Origin: Bacteroidales bacterium | Lineage (GTDB): Bacteria; Bacteroidota; Bacteroidia; Bacteroidales; VadinHA17 | Length of the DNA: 64,000 bases | Assembly (NCBI GenBank): GCA_017882305.1 | Contig: JADGPU010000003.1 | Span: 1,006-65,005 of the forward strand | Direction of reading: 5' to 3' | Shown here: positions 48,607 through 59,344 of the stretch, in pieces | Layout: every line of letters starts with the position of its first letter | Position numbering within the stretch: position 1 is the first letter of the stretch | Made by a program: the position numbers and the translations under genes | Notes under the pieces: generated by a model | What the model was told of the DNA's origin: nothing | What the model saw: only the letters and a program-made list of their open reading frames with translations | Database searches by the model: none

Positions 48607-49575
48607 TTATCTTAATTTTGATTTCGACTCGAATGCCTGGATCATATCACTATATTCCTCTGCATTGACATCATTATTAAAGAAATTAACAGGATTCTTA
48701 TGTGCTCCAAATTGCTCGACCTGATAATGTAGGTGAGGACCTGAGGACAGACCGCTACTCCCGCTTACTCCTATAAGGTCACCTCTTTTAACATTCTGAC
48801 CTCTAGCAACTTTTATATCACTAAGATGACCATACACAGTCTGAAGGCCATAGTCATGATTGATTACAATACAATTTCCAAATCCCCCCGGGTTCCAGCC
48901 CGATTCAATAACTGAACCATCGCCGGTAGCATATACATCCGTTCCATAAGGAACTTCAAAATCCTGCCCGTTATGCATTCGCGGAGTGCCTAGTACCGGG
49001 TGAATTGTCCGCCACTTGTATCCGTCACCAAGTCTGAAGTTTACACTCACCGGACTTATCCCCGGAAAATGATCCATCTCCCTTTTCCATTCGGACGACA
49101 TTTCTGCAAGAGAATTAAAGGATTCCTTCTGTACTGTTGCCCTGACTTTTATTTCATCAATTTTTGATTTGTATTCAATAAGAAGATCAGAGTTCATATA
49201 TCCTTTAAGATCTCTGTATCTGTCGACCCCTCCAAATCCTGCTTTTCTGTATGATTCAGGAACACTATCCATGTCAAGTATCGGCCGGTAACGTCTGTCA
49301 TCTGAGAGCCTTAAACTGTTAAGAGCAGCAATTGAATTATCAAGTTCTCTTCCTATAAGTGTGTACTGAAGTTTCAGACTTTCAACCTGCTGGCTAAGCA
49401 GCTTCTCTTTAGGAGAACCAAACATGTTTTCAATGAATGTACCATAAAGTGATGCCAATATGAGCGAACCGGCAAACCATAAAAGAATATGCAAAAATCT
49501 CTTCTTCCAGGGCAGCCTGACCTGCTTATACTGCAGATCGGATAAATCGAGCACGTATTTACGGTTTCTTAACAA
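48607..49575 (-). CDS. membrane-anchored M23 family metallopeptidase (tandem paralog)
   Basis: Same architecture as the downstream gene: HNGQDFEVPYGTDVYA, GSSGLSSGPHLHYQV. Confidence 0.88.
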   Translation of the reverse strand: MLRNRKYVLDLSDLQYKQVRLPWKKRFLHILLWFAGSLILASLYGTFIENMFGSPKEKLLSQQVESLKLQYTLIGRELDNSIAALNSLRLSDDRRYRPILDMDSVPESYRKAGFGGVDRYRDLKGYMNSDLLIEYKSKIDEIKVRATVQKESFNSLAEMSSEWKREMDHFPGISPVSVNFRLGDGYKWRTIHPVLGTPRMHNGQDFEVPYGTDVYATGDGSVIESGWNPGGFGNCIVINHDYGLQTVYGHLSDIKVARGQNVKRGDLIGVSGSSGLSSGPHLHYQVEQFGAHKNPVNFFNNDVNAEEYSDMIQAFESKSKLR

Positions 49576-49769
49576 CAGGCAGTAGGTTTTTTAAATTTTA
49601 TTTTACAATTTGACAAATCTAGATCAAAAAAACTAATTTTACAAACTAATTTTGAAGAACGAATATTTAACACATTCATAGACATTTAACGTATATCAGA
49701 TCTAAAATGTTACACTTTTCAAAATGACTATTGGAAACTAATGCTTTTTTAACGAAAAACCTAGATAAC

Positions 49770-52394
49770 ATGAAGGCACAGGAACTGAGGCAATCTTTTT
49801 TTGATTTTTTTGAATCTAATCATCATATTATTGTACCATCCGCACCAATGGTTATTAAGAATGATCCTACACTTATGTTTACAAATGCAGGGATGAACCA
49901 GTTCAAAGACATATTCCTCGGGAACCAGCAACCTGTGAACAGAAGGGTTGCCAACTCGCAAAAATGTTTAAGAGTATCGGGAAAGCATAATGACCTGGAA
50001 GAGGTTGGACAAGATACTTACCATCATACCATGTTTGAAATGCTGGGGAACTGGTCGTTCGGCGACTATTTTAAAAGAGATGCTATCAATTGGGCATGGG
50101 AATTTCTTACTGAAACTTTAAAAATAGACAAAGACCGGTTATATGTAACAGTTTTTGAAGGTAATGAATCAGAACTATTGGAACGCGATCAGGAATCTTT
50201 CGATCAATGGGCACTTAATATCGATAAAAATCGTATTCTGGAAGGATCGAATAAAGATAACTTCTGGGAGATGGGTGAAACAGGGCCATGCGGACCATGT
50301 TCAGAAATACATGTCGATATCAGGGGAAACAGGGAAAGGAAAAAAATCTCTGGAAATGAGTTAATAAATAAAGGACATCCCCAGGTTATTGAAATATGGA
50401 ACCTGGTATTTATCCAGTATAACCGTAAAGCAGATGGTTCCTTAGAGTATTTGCCTAACAAACATGTGGACACAGGAATGGGATTTGAACGTCTTTGCAT
50501 GGTTGTTCAGGGCAAAAAATCGAATTATGAGACAGATATTTTCCGAGCCATTATAAAGAAAATTTCTTCAATTACCGGTAAAGCCTACGGAGTTAACGAA
50601 AAATGGGATATCGCACTCCGGGTAGTTGCCGATCATCTGAGAGCCGTTTCATTCTCAATAGCTGACGGCCAGCTTCCTTCAAATAATAAGGCTGGCTACG
50701 TTATAAGAAGAATACTCCGTCGCGCTGTAAGATATGCTTATAATAACCTGGGCATTGAGGAACCATTTATGTTTCGCCTGGTTCCTGTCCTTGCTGCGAC
50801 CATGGGTGACCAATATCCAGAAATTCAATCAGGCAAAGAGCAGATTTCGAAAATAATCTTTGAAGAAGAAACTGCTTTTCTTAAAACCCTTGGCAAAGGG
50901 CTGAAAATGATTGAGAGGATGATTACTGATCTCAGAAAAACAGATAAGAATGTACTTCCGGGGAAAGTGGCCTTTGAAATGTATGATACATTCGGATTTC
51001 CAGTGGACCTTACACAGCTTATTCTTAAAGAGAATGATATGCATCTCGATCTGAAAGGGTTTGAAGAAGAGATGAAGAACCAGAAAGACCGGTCACGTGA
51101 AGATGCCTCAATTGAAGCAACAGATTGGACAATTGTAAAAGAAATTGAAGGCACTGAATTCACCGGTTACAGAAAGACAGAAGATGATGTGTTCATAACA
51201 AAATACCGGAGAGTTAAAATCAAAGGTAAGGAGAACTTCCAGCTTGTTTTTAATAAAACTCCCTTCTACGCTGAAGCCGGTGGTCAGACCGGAGATACTG
51301 GTTCTATATTATCAGGAGACGAAAAAATTGCAATAACCGATACTGTTAAAGAGAATAACCTGATAATGCATATTACAGGGAAATTGCCTGCTGATCTTAC
51401 TATAGTTTTCAAAGCAACTGTGAATAGTGAAAAACGTCTGATGACCGCAAATAATCACACAGCTACTCACCTGATTCATTTTGCGTTGCGTTCAGTTCTT
51501 GGAAAACATGTGGAACAAAAAGGCTCGCTTGTTACTCCTGATCGCCTACGTTTTGACTTCAGTCATTTCAGCAAGATAAGCAAGGAAGAATTATCAAAGG
51601 TTGAAGAACAGGTAAACCAGATGGTCAGGGACAATTATATCAGTAAGATAACTGAAGGCGTTTCGATGGAAAAGGCCAAATCCATGGGAGCTTTGGCTCT
51701 TTTTGGCGAAAAATACGGCGATCATGTGAGAGTCGTTGAATTTGGAAAATCAATAGAACTGTGCGGTGGAACGCATGTTGAAGCTACCGGCAGTATAGGA
51801 ATTGTAAAAATTGTATCCGAAGGGGCTATTGCAGCAGGTATAAGAAGAATTGAAGCAGTAACTGCCTTAAAAGCTGAGGAATATATTAATGACAGATTTA
51901 AAACCATTGATGAGATTGCCTCACTTCTCAAGAGCCCAGGGAGTATCACAGATAGTGTCGAAAAACTTTTAGCTGAGAATAACTCCCTTAAGAAGAGTGT
52001 GGAGAAATTCCAGTTTCAATCGATAACACTAAGATTGAAAGAACTGGTTGACAAGGCTGTTAAAATCAATAGCATAAGATTTGTTTCAGGTCAGATTGAA
52101 ACCGTCTCAGCCGATGTACTCAAGAACATTGCTTATCAGTTAAGAACCTCTTCAGATAATACTGTTATGGTCATCGGATCAGAGAATAGTGGAAAAGCTA
52201 ATATACTCGTCACGGTAAGCGACGATCTTGTCAAGGGGAGGAAAATAAACGCAGTTGCGATTATAAAGGAAATTTCCGGCGAAATTAACGGAGGCGGAGG
52301 TGGACAACCTTTTCTTGCTACCGCAGGAGGAAAGAATCCTGAAGGAATTCAACATGCGATCGAAAAAGCAGCTGAATTCCTTCAAAAATCCTGA
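49770..52394 (+). CDS. alaS: alanine--tRNA ligase
   Basis: HHTMFEMLGNWSFGDYFK, editing-domain HTATHLIH ... CGGTHV, C-terminal DHHA1-like GGGGGQP. The track start at 49731 is a TTG; the ATG at 49770 (MKAQELRQSFFDFF) is preferred. Confidence 0.95.
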   Translation: MKAQELRQSFFDFFESNHHIIVPSAPMVIKNDPTLMFTNAGMNQFKDIFLGNQQPVNRRVANSQKCLRVSGKHNDLEEVGQDTYHHTMFEMLGNWSFGDYFKRDAINWAWEFLTETLKIDKDRLYVTVFEGNESELLERDQESFDQWALNIDKNRILEGSNKDNFWEMGETGPCGPCSEIHVDIRGNRERKKISGNELINKGHPQVIEIWNLVFIQYNRKADGSLEYLPNKHVDTGMGFERLCMVVQGKKSNYETDIFRAIIKKISSITGKAYGVNEKWDIALRVVADHLRAVSFSIADGQLPSNNKAGYVIRRILRRAVRYAYNNLGIEEPFMFRLVPVLAATMGDQYPEIQSGKEQISKIIFEEETAFLKTLGKGLKMIERMITDLRKTDKNVLPGKVAFEMYDTFGFPVDLTQLILKENDMHLDLKGFEEEMKNQKDRSREDASIEATDWTIVKEIEGTEFTGYRKTEDDVFITKYRRVKIKGKENFQLVFNKTPFYAEAGGQTGDTGSILSGDEKIAITDTVKENNLIMHITGKLPADLTIVFKATVNSEKRLMTANNHTATHLIHFALRSVLGKHVEQKGSLVTPDRLRFDFSHFSKISKEELSKVEEQVNQMVRDNYISKITEGVSMEKAKSMGALALFGEKYGDHVRVVEFGKSIELCGGTHVEATGSIGIVKIVSEGAIAAGIRRIEAVTALKAEEYINDRFKTIDEIASLLKSPGSITDSVEKLLAENNSLKKSVEKFQFQSITLRLKELVDKAVKINSIRFVSGQIETVSADVLKNIAYQLRTSSDNTVMVIGSENSGKANILVTVSDDLVKGRKINAVAIIKEISGEINGGGGGQPFLATAGGKNPEGIQHAIEKAAEFLQKS

Positions 52395-52565
52395 TTTTAC
52401 GATTTCGACTTCAGCAAAAAAATCTTTGATTCGAATTATTTTGTAAAACATGTTTTTATAATATCCTTATTATGTGATATTTACACATCATTTTATTTTC
52501 AGTCATTACTCTCATTATTATTTGTTCGAAAATAATCGTTAGAATTGTTACAAAATTAATTCATA

Positions 52566-54416
52566 ATGATGATGGAAGTTAAAAGGACCTTTGATATAAT
52601 TCAGTGGAATCTGGAGAAATATCCCCGTAAAGATATGTATGGCGGGAAAAGAGACAAGGAATGGATAATCTACTCCACAGAAGATGCAGCCAATTATGTG
52701 AACTGGGTTAGCTATGGGCTACTTTCATTGGGATATAAAAAGGGAGACAAAATTGCGACAATAAGCGGGAACAAGCCTGAATGGAATTTTGTCGATATGG
52801 GTCTGGCCCAGGCAGGCCTGATACATGTACCTATCTATCCGACAATCGGGACGGATGAGTATGAATATATACTCGAGCACTCTGATGTCAAATTGATCGT
52901 ACTTGGCAACAAAACAATATATAATAAGGTAAACCCGATCGTCAATAAAATTCATGGATTAAAAGAAATCTATTCATTCGACCCTGTTGAAGGAGTAAAA
53001 TCTTTTGATGAAATAGTTGAAGAAGGTAAACGGAATGCTGACAAATTCCATGATGAACTGGAGAAAATAAAAGAGAGTATCAATCCTGAAGATCTCGTAA
53101 CCATCATTTATACCTCAGGTACAACCGGAAATTCAAAAGGTGTTATGCTTTCTCATAATAATCTTGTTAAAAATGCAATCACAACTTCAAAAGCTCATCA
53201 TCTTGGCTATGGGCACAGGGCCATAAGTTTTCTCCCTCTGTGCCATGTTTATGAAAGAATGGTAAACTACCACTTTCAGTATAAAGGGATTAGTATATAT
53301 TATGTTGAAAACATGGGTACTGTATCCGAGACTGTAAAAGAGATTAAACCACATATTTTCAATACTGTTCCAAGGCTGCTTGAAAAAATCTATGATAATA
53401 TAATTGGAAAAGGACGTAACCTTCCATGGATTAAGAAAAAAATATTCTTCTGGGCCGTCAACCTGGGACTTAAGTTCAGATTAAAAGGCAATTCACAATT
53501 TTACAAATTTCGCCTTAAGATCGCCAGGAAGCTGATTTTCAGCAAGTGGAAGGAAGCTCTCGGAGGAGAGTTGCAGGTACTTGTCTCCGGAGGTGCGGCG
53601 CTTCAGTCGAGACTCGAAAAGATTTTTTGGGCAGCAGGGATACCAATCATTCAGGGTTATGGACTAACAGAAACATCACCTGTAATATCGGTTAATCCTT
53701 TAAGGATCGACGAAATTGGATTTGGAACATGTGGACCCGTTATAGAAGGTGTTGAAGTCAAGATAGCAGAAGATGGTGAAATTTTATGTAAAGGGGTAAA
53801 TGTCATGATGGGCTATTACAAAGCTCCGGATCTTACTGCAGAGATGATAGACAAGGATGGATGGCTGCATACCGGCGATATTGGTATAATTGAAGAAGGT
53901 AAGTTCCTGAGGATAACCGACAGGAAGAAAGAGATGTTTAAACTTAGTGCCGGAAAATACATAGCTCCTCAGGTAATTGAGAATAAACTAAAAGAGTCAT
54001 TTTTTATAGAACAGGCAATGGTAATTGGAGAGAATCAGAAATTTGCAAGCGCGGTACTATCGCCGAATTTTACTTTCCTACACGACTGGTGCTCAATACA
54101 TAAGATCCAATTCAGGGACAATAAAGAGCTTATTGAATTGACCGAAGTAATTGAAAGATTCAATAAGGAAGTCAGGGAAGTAAACAAATCCCTTGGTGAA
54201 TTTGAACAGATTAAAAGGTTCCGTTTAGTGACTGAAGAGTGGACTCCCCAGACCGGAGAATTATCTCCCACCCTGAAGCTGAAAAGAAATTATCTTTCTA
54301 AAGAATATAAGGATATCATTGCAGAAATATATTTTAATGTGGAAAAAGATAATAATGTACTGCTTCGAATCAAAAACGGCATAAACGAAGTACTCAAGAA
54401 TCTGCCGAAGTTTTAG
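52566..54416 (+). CDS. long-chain fatty acid--CoA ligase (AMP-dependent synthetase)
   Basis: IIYTSGTTGNSKGVMLSHNN, GYGLTETSP, GWLHTGDIG, DRKKEMFKLSAGKYIAP. Confidence 0.88.
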   Translation: MMMEVKRTFDIIQWNLEKYPRKDMYGGKRDKEWIIYSTEDAANYVNWVSYGLLSLGYKKGDKIATISGNKPEWNFVDMGLAQAGLIHVPIYPTIGTDEYEYILEHSDVKLIVLGNKTIYNKVNPIVNKIHGLKEIYSFDPVEGVKSFDEIVEEGKRNADKFHDELEKIKESINPEDLVTIIYTSGTTGNSKGVMLSHNNLVKNAITTSKAHHLGYGHRAISFLPLCHVYERMVNYHFQYKGISIYYVENMGTVSETVKEIKPHIFNTVPRLLEKIYDNIIGKGRNLPWIKKKIFFWAVNLGLKFRLKGNSQFYKFRLKIARKLIFSKWKEALGGELQVLVSGGAALQSRLEKIFWAAGIPIIQGYGLTETSPVISVNPLRIDEIGFGTCGPVIEGVEVKIAEDGEILCKGVNVMMGYYKAPDLTAEMIDKDGWLHTGDIGIIEEGKFLRITDRKKEMFKLSAGKYIAPQVIENKLKESFFIEQAMVIGENQKFASAVLSPNFTFLHDWCSIHKIQFRDNKELIELTEVIERFNKEVREVNKSLGEFEQIKRFRLVTEEWTPQTGELSPTLKLKRNYLSKEYKDIIAEIYFNVEKDNNVLLRIKNGINEVLKNLPKF

Positions 54417-54455
54417 CAATTTTGCCCGTTCTTGCAGATCACGCCAATATTTTTG

Positions 54456-54463
54456 TAATTTTG
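54456..54463 (+). promoter_or_regulatory. candidate -7 box (TAATTTTG) upstream of the 155-aa lipoprotein gene
   Basis: Exact TAnnTTTG match, 17 nt before the ATG at 54481. A TTG at 54432-54434 lies 21 bp upstream. Confidence 0.35.
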
Positions 54464-54480
54464 AGGCTTTCAAATAAGTA

Positions 54481-54948
54481 ATGAGAAAATTTATTCCGGA
54501 AAGCCTTCTTATCATCCTGCCAGGTGTTTTACTGTTCATGCTTTCATGTACGTCTGGGTCCTGTTTTGAGGAGACAGAATCATACCTGAAAGCCTCATTT
54601 TACGATAATGTCAAAAAAATACTTCATGCTCCCGATAGTCTGACACTTTACGGACTTAACAATGATTCAATGATTTATAATAAATCATCTGGCATTCAAC
54701 CTGCTCTGATACCACTTAACTCCTCAACAGAAAGTTGCAAATTTATTATTGAAATAAACGGGATTACCGACACCATTGAATTCCATTATAGCAGCTACCC
54801 TCATCTTATTTCCAAGGAGTGTGGTTATACATTTTATCATCAGCTAGACACTGCTCCTAAACATACATATCATAACATTAAGGACATATATACCGGTAAC
54901 AAGACTATTACAAATTTAAATGTGGAGAACATTCGTATATTCTATTAG
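54481..54948 (+). CDS. hypothetical lipoprotein
   Basis: Lipobox LLFMLSC, 155 aa, no catalytic motif recognised. May correspond to a Bacteroidota-only DUF; not verifiable here. Confidence 0.6.
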   Translation: MRKFIPESLLIILPGVLLFMLSCTSGSCFEETESYLKASFYDNVKKILHAPDSLTLYGLNNDSMIYNKSSGIQPALIPLNSSTESCKFIIEINGITDTIEFHYSSYPHLISKECGYTFYHQLDTAPKHTYHNIKDIYTGNKTITNLNVENIRIFY

Positions 54949-55687
54949 TCTTCTGCTTTTCCTGAATTGCTGTTTGATTCAGGTTCATGCCCAGGACACA
55001 ATTCCTATACCTCTTAAAATAAAAGTCGGTTTGGAATTGGCTGGCCCTGTAACTTATTATTCAGATAAAAATATTCTGAATGAAGAAGGATATATCTCCG
55101 TCGATCTGAATGAAAAACGTTCAGTATTGTTTGCTGCAGGCTATCTCAATTTCAAGTATACACAGTATAATTACACTTATCTGAATAAAGGAAGTTTTAT
55201 CCGTATTGGCATGGATTTTAATCTCCTGAAACCTGATAAGTCGCTAGGCAAGTACTGGGCAGGCATAGGGTTGAGATATGGGTTAAGCCGTTTCAATTCT
55301 GAAGTTCCATCCTTTCAAAAGACAGATTACTGGGGTACAACATCCTCTTCCATCTCTCATAGGACAAACTGGGGACATTTTGTTGAAGTATCGCCTGGGG
55401 CGAGAGCAGAAATATTCAATCATTTCAGCATAGGATGGTCATTAAGTCTGCGAATGTTGCTCTATTCAGGTACCGGCAAAGACCTCAGACCAGTTTATTT
55501 TCCCGGGTTTGGCAATGGTACAAAAACATTCAGTACAGGCATGAGCTACTTTATTGTCTGGAACATTCCATATAAAAAGATAAACGCAATACTTAAAAAA
55601 GAGGTAAAGGAAGATACAGAAGATAACAGTAATACTGGTACCAGTGGTACTAATAGTACTACGGTTACTTCTGGTAACAGGCAATAA
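54920..55687 (+). CDS. hypothetical secreted protein, probable outer-membrane beta-barrel, with a Thr/Ser/Asn-rich tail
   Basis: Signal peptide SLLLFLNCCLIQVHAQ, alternating hydrophobic strands, C-terminal NSNTGTSGTNSTTVTSGN. Overlaps the upstream gene by 29 nt. Confidence 0.6.
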   Translation: MWRTFVYSISLLLFLNCCLIQVHAQDTIPIPLKIKVGLELAGPVTYYSDKNILNEEGYISVDLNEKRSVLFAAGYLNFKYTQYNYTYLNKGSFIRIGMDFNLLKPDKSLGKYWAGIGLRYGLSRFNSEVPSFQKTDYWGTTSSSISHRTNWGHFVEVSPGARAEIFNHFSIGWSLSLRMLLYSGTGKDLRPVYFPGFGNGTKTFSTGMSYFIVWNIPYKKINAILKKEVKEDTEDNSNTGTSGTNSTTVTSGNRQ

Positions 55688-55781
55688 AGTAAAGTTATCA
55701 GAACTGGTAACATAGTGAACAAGACAGGCCAAAGGCAATTAAGACCGCGCGAAGCATAAGACATTATTAAAAAGAAGAATT

Positions 55782-57227
55782 CTACGATCTTTTTGAGAAA
55801 ATATATAGACCAGTAAAGGTAAGCAAGCCATTTAGGAGGAGTAATTCAAATCCGAATTTATATCCGTTAAATAACAATACTGAATATTTACTGAGAAAGT
55901 AACAGGCCACTGGCGAGATAATCGCAATAGCCGGTGTAATTTTATCGTTTACTTTTCTTTTTGTGAACAACCCAAAGGAATACAATCCAAGCAATGGTCC
56001 ATAAGTATAACCAGCTATGGTAAAAAGCTTATCTATAACTGCCTTGTCATTCAAAGTGCTGAATATCAGCACACTTATAAAGAACACCAGGGCGATTGTC
56101 AGGTGTACAGCGTATCTGATCCTGGTCTTTGTCTTTTCAGAAATACCTTCTCTGCGTTCAAGACCCAAAAAATCGATACTCACAGATGTTGTGAGAGAAG
56201 TCAATGCACCATCTGCACTCGGGAATGCGGCGGAAATGAGGCCAATAAGAAATACTACACCTGCCACGGGACCCAGATACTTTATTGCGATCGTTGGAAA
56301 AATATCATCACTTGAAATTACGGTCAGCCCCTTATTCTGGATAAAAATAAGCAGAAGGGCGCCGAGAAACAGGAATGACAGGTTTACCACGGCCAGTATC
56401 CCGCTGAAAGTGAACATATTCTTCTGTGCCTCCCTTATGTTCCTGCAGCTGAGATTTTTCTGCATCATCTCCTGATCAAGGCCGGTCATAACAATCGTAA
56501 TAAACATACCGCTGAAGAACTGTTTCAGAAAAAATCTCGGATGATGCCAGTCAGTTATAAACATCTTTGAAACGGAACTCTCTTTTACAATGGAAACAAG
56601 CTTAAGTAAAGGAATATGCAGATTCTTTCCAATGTAAATTACCGATAATATAACAGCAAGCAGCATAAAGGTAGTCTGCAGAGTATCAGTCCATATTATT
56701 GTTCTTATTCCTCCTTTTAAGGTATAAAGAATGATCAGAGTAATGAATACAAGCACATTAATCCAGAATGGAACATGCCATGCATCAAAAACAAAAATCT
56801 GTAAAACATTTATAACCAAAAACATACGCAATGAAGCGCCAAGAGTTCTCGATAATATGAAAAAGCCTGCACCGGTTTTGTGTGACCAGAATCCAAACCG
56901 TTGTTCCAGATATGAATAGATAGATGTCAGTTTTAACCTGTAATATAAAGGGAGTAAAACAAGTGCTATAACAAGATAGCCAAACAGGTATCCTATAACA
57001 ACAACCATATAACTGAACTGAGTGTCTTTTACCCATCCCGGGACGGACATGAATGTTACCCCTGATAGTGATGCACCGATCATTCCATACGCAACTACAA
57101 ACCATGGAGATACTTTATTCCCTATAAAGAATGACTGGTTGTCGGCTTTGCGTGCAGTAAACCAGGTGATAGAAAATAAAATCAAAGTATAGATCAGGAA
57201 AATTCCAAGTATCAGAAGAGGTGACAT
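55782..57227 (-). CDS. sodium:solute symporter family transporter
   Basis: 481 aa, about 12-13 TM segments. The N-terminal region (FFIGNKVSPWFVVAYGMIGASLSGVTFMSVPG) is typical of SSF. Confidence 0.8.
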   Translation of the reverse strand: MSPLLILGIFLIYTLILFSITWFTARKADNQSFFIGNKVSPWFVVAYGMIGASLSGVTFMSVPGWVKDTQFSYMVVVIGYLFGYLVIALVLLPLYYRLKLTSIYSYLEQRFGFWSHKTGAGFFILSRTLGASLRMFLVINVLQIFVFDAWHVPFWINVLVFITLIILYTLKGGIRTIIWTDTLQTTFMLLAVILSVIYIGKNLHIPLLKLVSIVKESSVSKMFITDWHHPRFFLKQFFSGMFITIVMTGLDQEMMQKNLSCRNIREAQKNMFTFSGILAVVNLSFLFLGALLLIFIQNKGLTVISSDDIFPTIAIKYLGPVAGVVFLIGLISAAFPSADGALTSLTTSVSIDFLGLERREGISEKTKTRIRYAVHLTIALVFFISVLIFSTLNDKAVIDKLFTIAGYTYGPLLGLYSFGLFTKRKVNDKITPAIAIISPVACYFLSKYSVLLFNGYKFGFELLLLNGLLTFTGLYIFSKRS

Positions 57228-57338
57228 ATGAGATTCAATTAGTTTACAAGAATAATAAAAAGAATGGAAGACAAAAAATTCCCTGTCTGATTAATAACAC
57301 CGGAAAATTGAACTAATTTTGTCTGAAAATTTTTAATC

Positions 57339-57953
57339 ATGAGTTTTACTGAATTTCCTTCCAGGCTCCTGGAAAATGCCGTAAATGAATTTGCTTCACT
57401 TCCCGGAATAGGAAGAAAAACAGCTTTCAGACTGGTAATGAATCTGTTAAGAAGAGATTCTGAAGAGGTAAGAAAATTCGGGGAGAGCATTATCAGGCTT
57501 CATGAAGAGATTCACTATTGCAAGATCTGCAATAACATTTCAGATACTGAAATATGTAATATCTGCAATGATGAGAAGAGGGAGAGATCTGTAATCTGCG
57601 TAGTGGAAAACATTCAGGATGTAATGGCTATTGAAAACACACGACAATTCAAGGGATTATATCATGTGCTCGGAGGTATTATTTCCCCTATTGATGGAAT
57701 TGGTCCTTCTGATCTGAAAATCGACAACCTTGAAGAAAAAGTGAAGACTGGAGGTATCAGCGAGATAATTCTTGCATTAAGTACCACAATGGAAGGTGAC
57801 ACAACAAACTATTACCTGTTTAAAAGACTAAACAAATATGATATACGCATAACGACCCTTGCAAGGGGTGTTGCTATTGGAGATGAGCTTGAATACACTG
57901 ATGAGATTACATTGGGAAGGGCGATTAATAACAGAAATCCATACCAGCAATGA
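57339..57953 (+). CDS. recR: recombination protein RecR
   Basis: HhH region [13 protein letters not shown]4 zinc finger [18 protein letters not shown], Toprim [12 protein letters not shown]. Confidence 0.95.
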   Translation: MSFTEFPSRLLENAVNEFASLPGIGRKTAFRLVMNLLRRDSEEVRKFGESIIRLHEEIHYCKICNNISDTEICNICNDEKRERSVICVVENIQDVMAIENTRQFKGLYHVLGGIISPIDGIGPSDLKIDNLEEKVKTGGISEIILALSTTMEGDTTNYYLFKRLNKYDIRITTLARGVAIGDELEYTDEITLGRAINNRNPYQQ

Positions 57954-59164
57954 TAACATCAATTAATCAATTCCTGTCGAATTCCGGAAAGAGCATGAAG
58001 CGATCTGCTATAAGAGAGATCCTCAAGCATCTGCAGAAACCGGGTATGATTTCTTTTGCCGGCGGACTTCCCGCGCCTGAAACATTTCCGGTTAATGATC
58101 TCAAGGAGATAGTTGATGAAATTCTTGAGAAAGACGGACCTGATAGTCTGCAGTACGGAACAACTGAGGGAGATCCTCTCCTGAGAAAGATGCTTGTCGA
58201 AAGACACAACAGGCAGGGATTGAAAATAGGTATTGAAAATTTGATTATTACTTCTGCCTCTCAGCAGGCTCTCGATCTTATAGCGAAGGTATTTCTCGAT
58301 CCGGGAGACTATGTTCTTTGTGGTCTTCCCTCCTATCTCGGCGGAATAAATGCGTTTGCTTTTTATGGTGCAAAACTGAAAGGTATAACTCTCGATGAAG
58401 ACGGGATGAAACCTGATGAACTTGAGGAGACTATAATAATTCTTAAAGAGCTAGGGCAAAAAGTCAAGTTTATTTATGTTATACCCGATTTCCAGAATCC
58501 GTCAGGCATTACGCTTCCTGATTCCAGAAGACTGAAAATTATTGAAATTGCTGATAAATATGACCTTCTTATTGTAGAGGACAGTCCTTACAGCGAGGTA
58601 CGTTTCGAAGGGGAACCTCAGAAACTTATGAATGAGCTCGATACTACCGGAAGGGTTATTACCCTGTTTACTTTTTCAAAAATTTTCGCACCGGGATTCA
58701 GGGTTGGATGGGTTATTGGCCGCCCTGAAATATTAGATAAGCTGGTAATGGCAAAACAGACTGCCGACCTTTGTACCTCTCCATTTGTACAGAAAATCAT
58801 TGCCCGTTATATGGAAAAAGGGTTACTTGAGAAGAATCTAAAAAAGACAATTGATCTTTATCGCGATAGACGTTCTCACATGATAACCTGCTTCAGAAAA
58901 TATATGCCTGAAGGCGTCACCTGGACAGAACCTCAGGGTGGTTTGTTCCTGTTCGTCACTCTGCCGGCTCATCTTGATGCCGATGAAATATTTAAAAAAG
59001 CCATAATAAAAAATGTTGCCTTCGTTGCCGGTTCATCCTTCTACTGCAATAATTCCGGACATAATACAATGCGTTTAAACTTCTCTTTTTCAAATAAAGC
59101 AGAGATTGAAGAAGGAGTTCAGAGACTTTCACAGGTTATAAGTGATGAATTGACCAGCAAATAA
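57950..59164 (+). CDS. PLP-dependent aminotransferase (class I/II, aminoadipate/aromatic type)
   Basis: [35 protein letters not shown] (PLP-lysine motif). ATGA overlap with recR. Confidence 0.82.
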   Translation: MITSINQFLSNSGKSMKRSAIREILKHLQKPGMISFAGGLPAPETFPVNDLKEIVDEILEKDGPDSLQYGTTEGDPLLRKMLVERHNRQGLKIGIENLIITSASQQALDLIAKVFLDPGDYVLCGLPSYLGGINAFAFYGAKLKGITLDEDGMKPDELEETIIILKELGQKVKFIYVIPDFQNPSGITLPDSRRLKIIEIADKYDLLIVEDSPYSEVRFEGEPQKLMNELDTTGRVITLFTFSKIFAPGFRVGWVIGRPEILDKLVMAKQTADLCTSPFVQKIIARYMEKGLLEKNLKKTIDLYRDRRSHMITCFRKYMPEGVTWTEPQGGLFLFVTLPAHLDADEIFKKAIIKNVAFVAGSSFYCNNSGHNTMRLNFSFSNKAEIEEGVQRLSQVISDELTSK

Positions 59165-59171
59165 TTACAGA

Positions 59172-59261
59172 ATGGAGTTATCTGTAATTATTGTCAGTTT
59201 CAATGTACGTGATTTTCTGAGACAATGTCTGTTTTCAGCAGAGATTGAATTGGCAGGATAA
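59172..59261 (+). pseudogene. 29-codon stub resembling the N-terminus of a family-2 glycosyltransferase (deletion remnant)
   Basis: Hand translation gives MELSVIIVSFNVRDFLRQCLFSAEIELAG-stop. The LSVIIVxxNxxxFLxxCLxS pattern is the canonical GT2 N-terminal beta-alpha unit. None of the rest of such a gene follows. Confidence 0.4.
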
Positions 59262-59344
59262 TTGTTTCAACCTGCAATGGATATCTGAAACATTTATTCA
59301 GTCCGGTTGTTTAATAGGAAGTTGAAATAAATTAACACACTATT

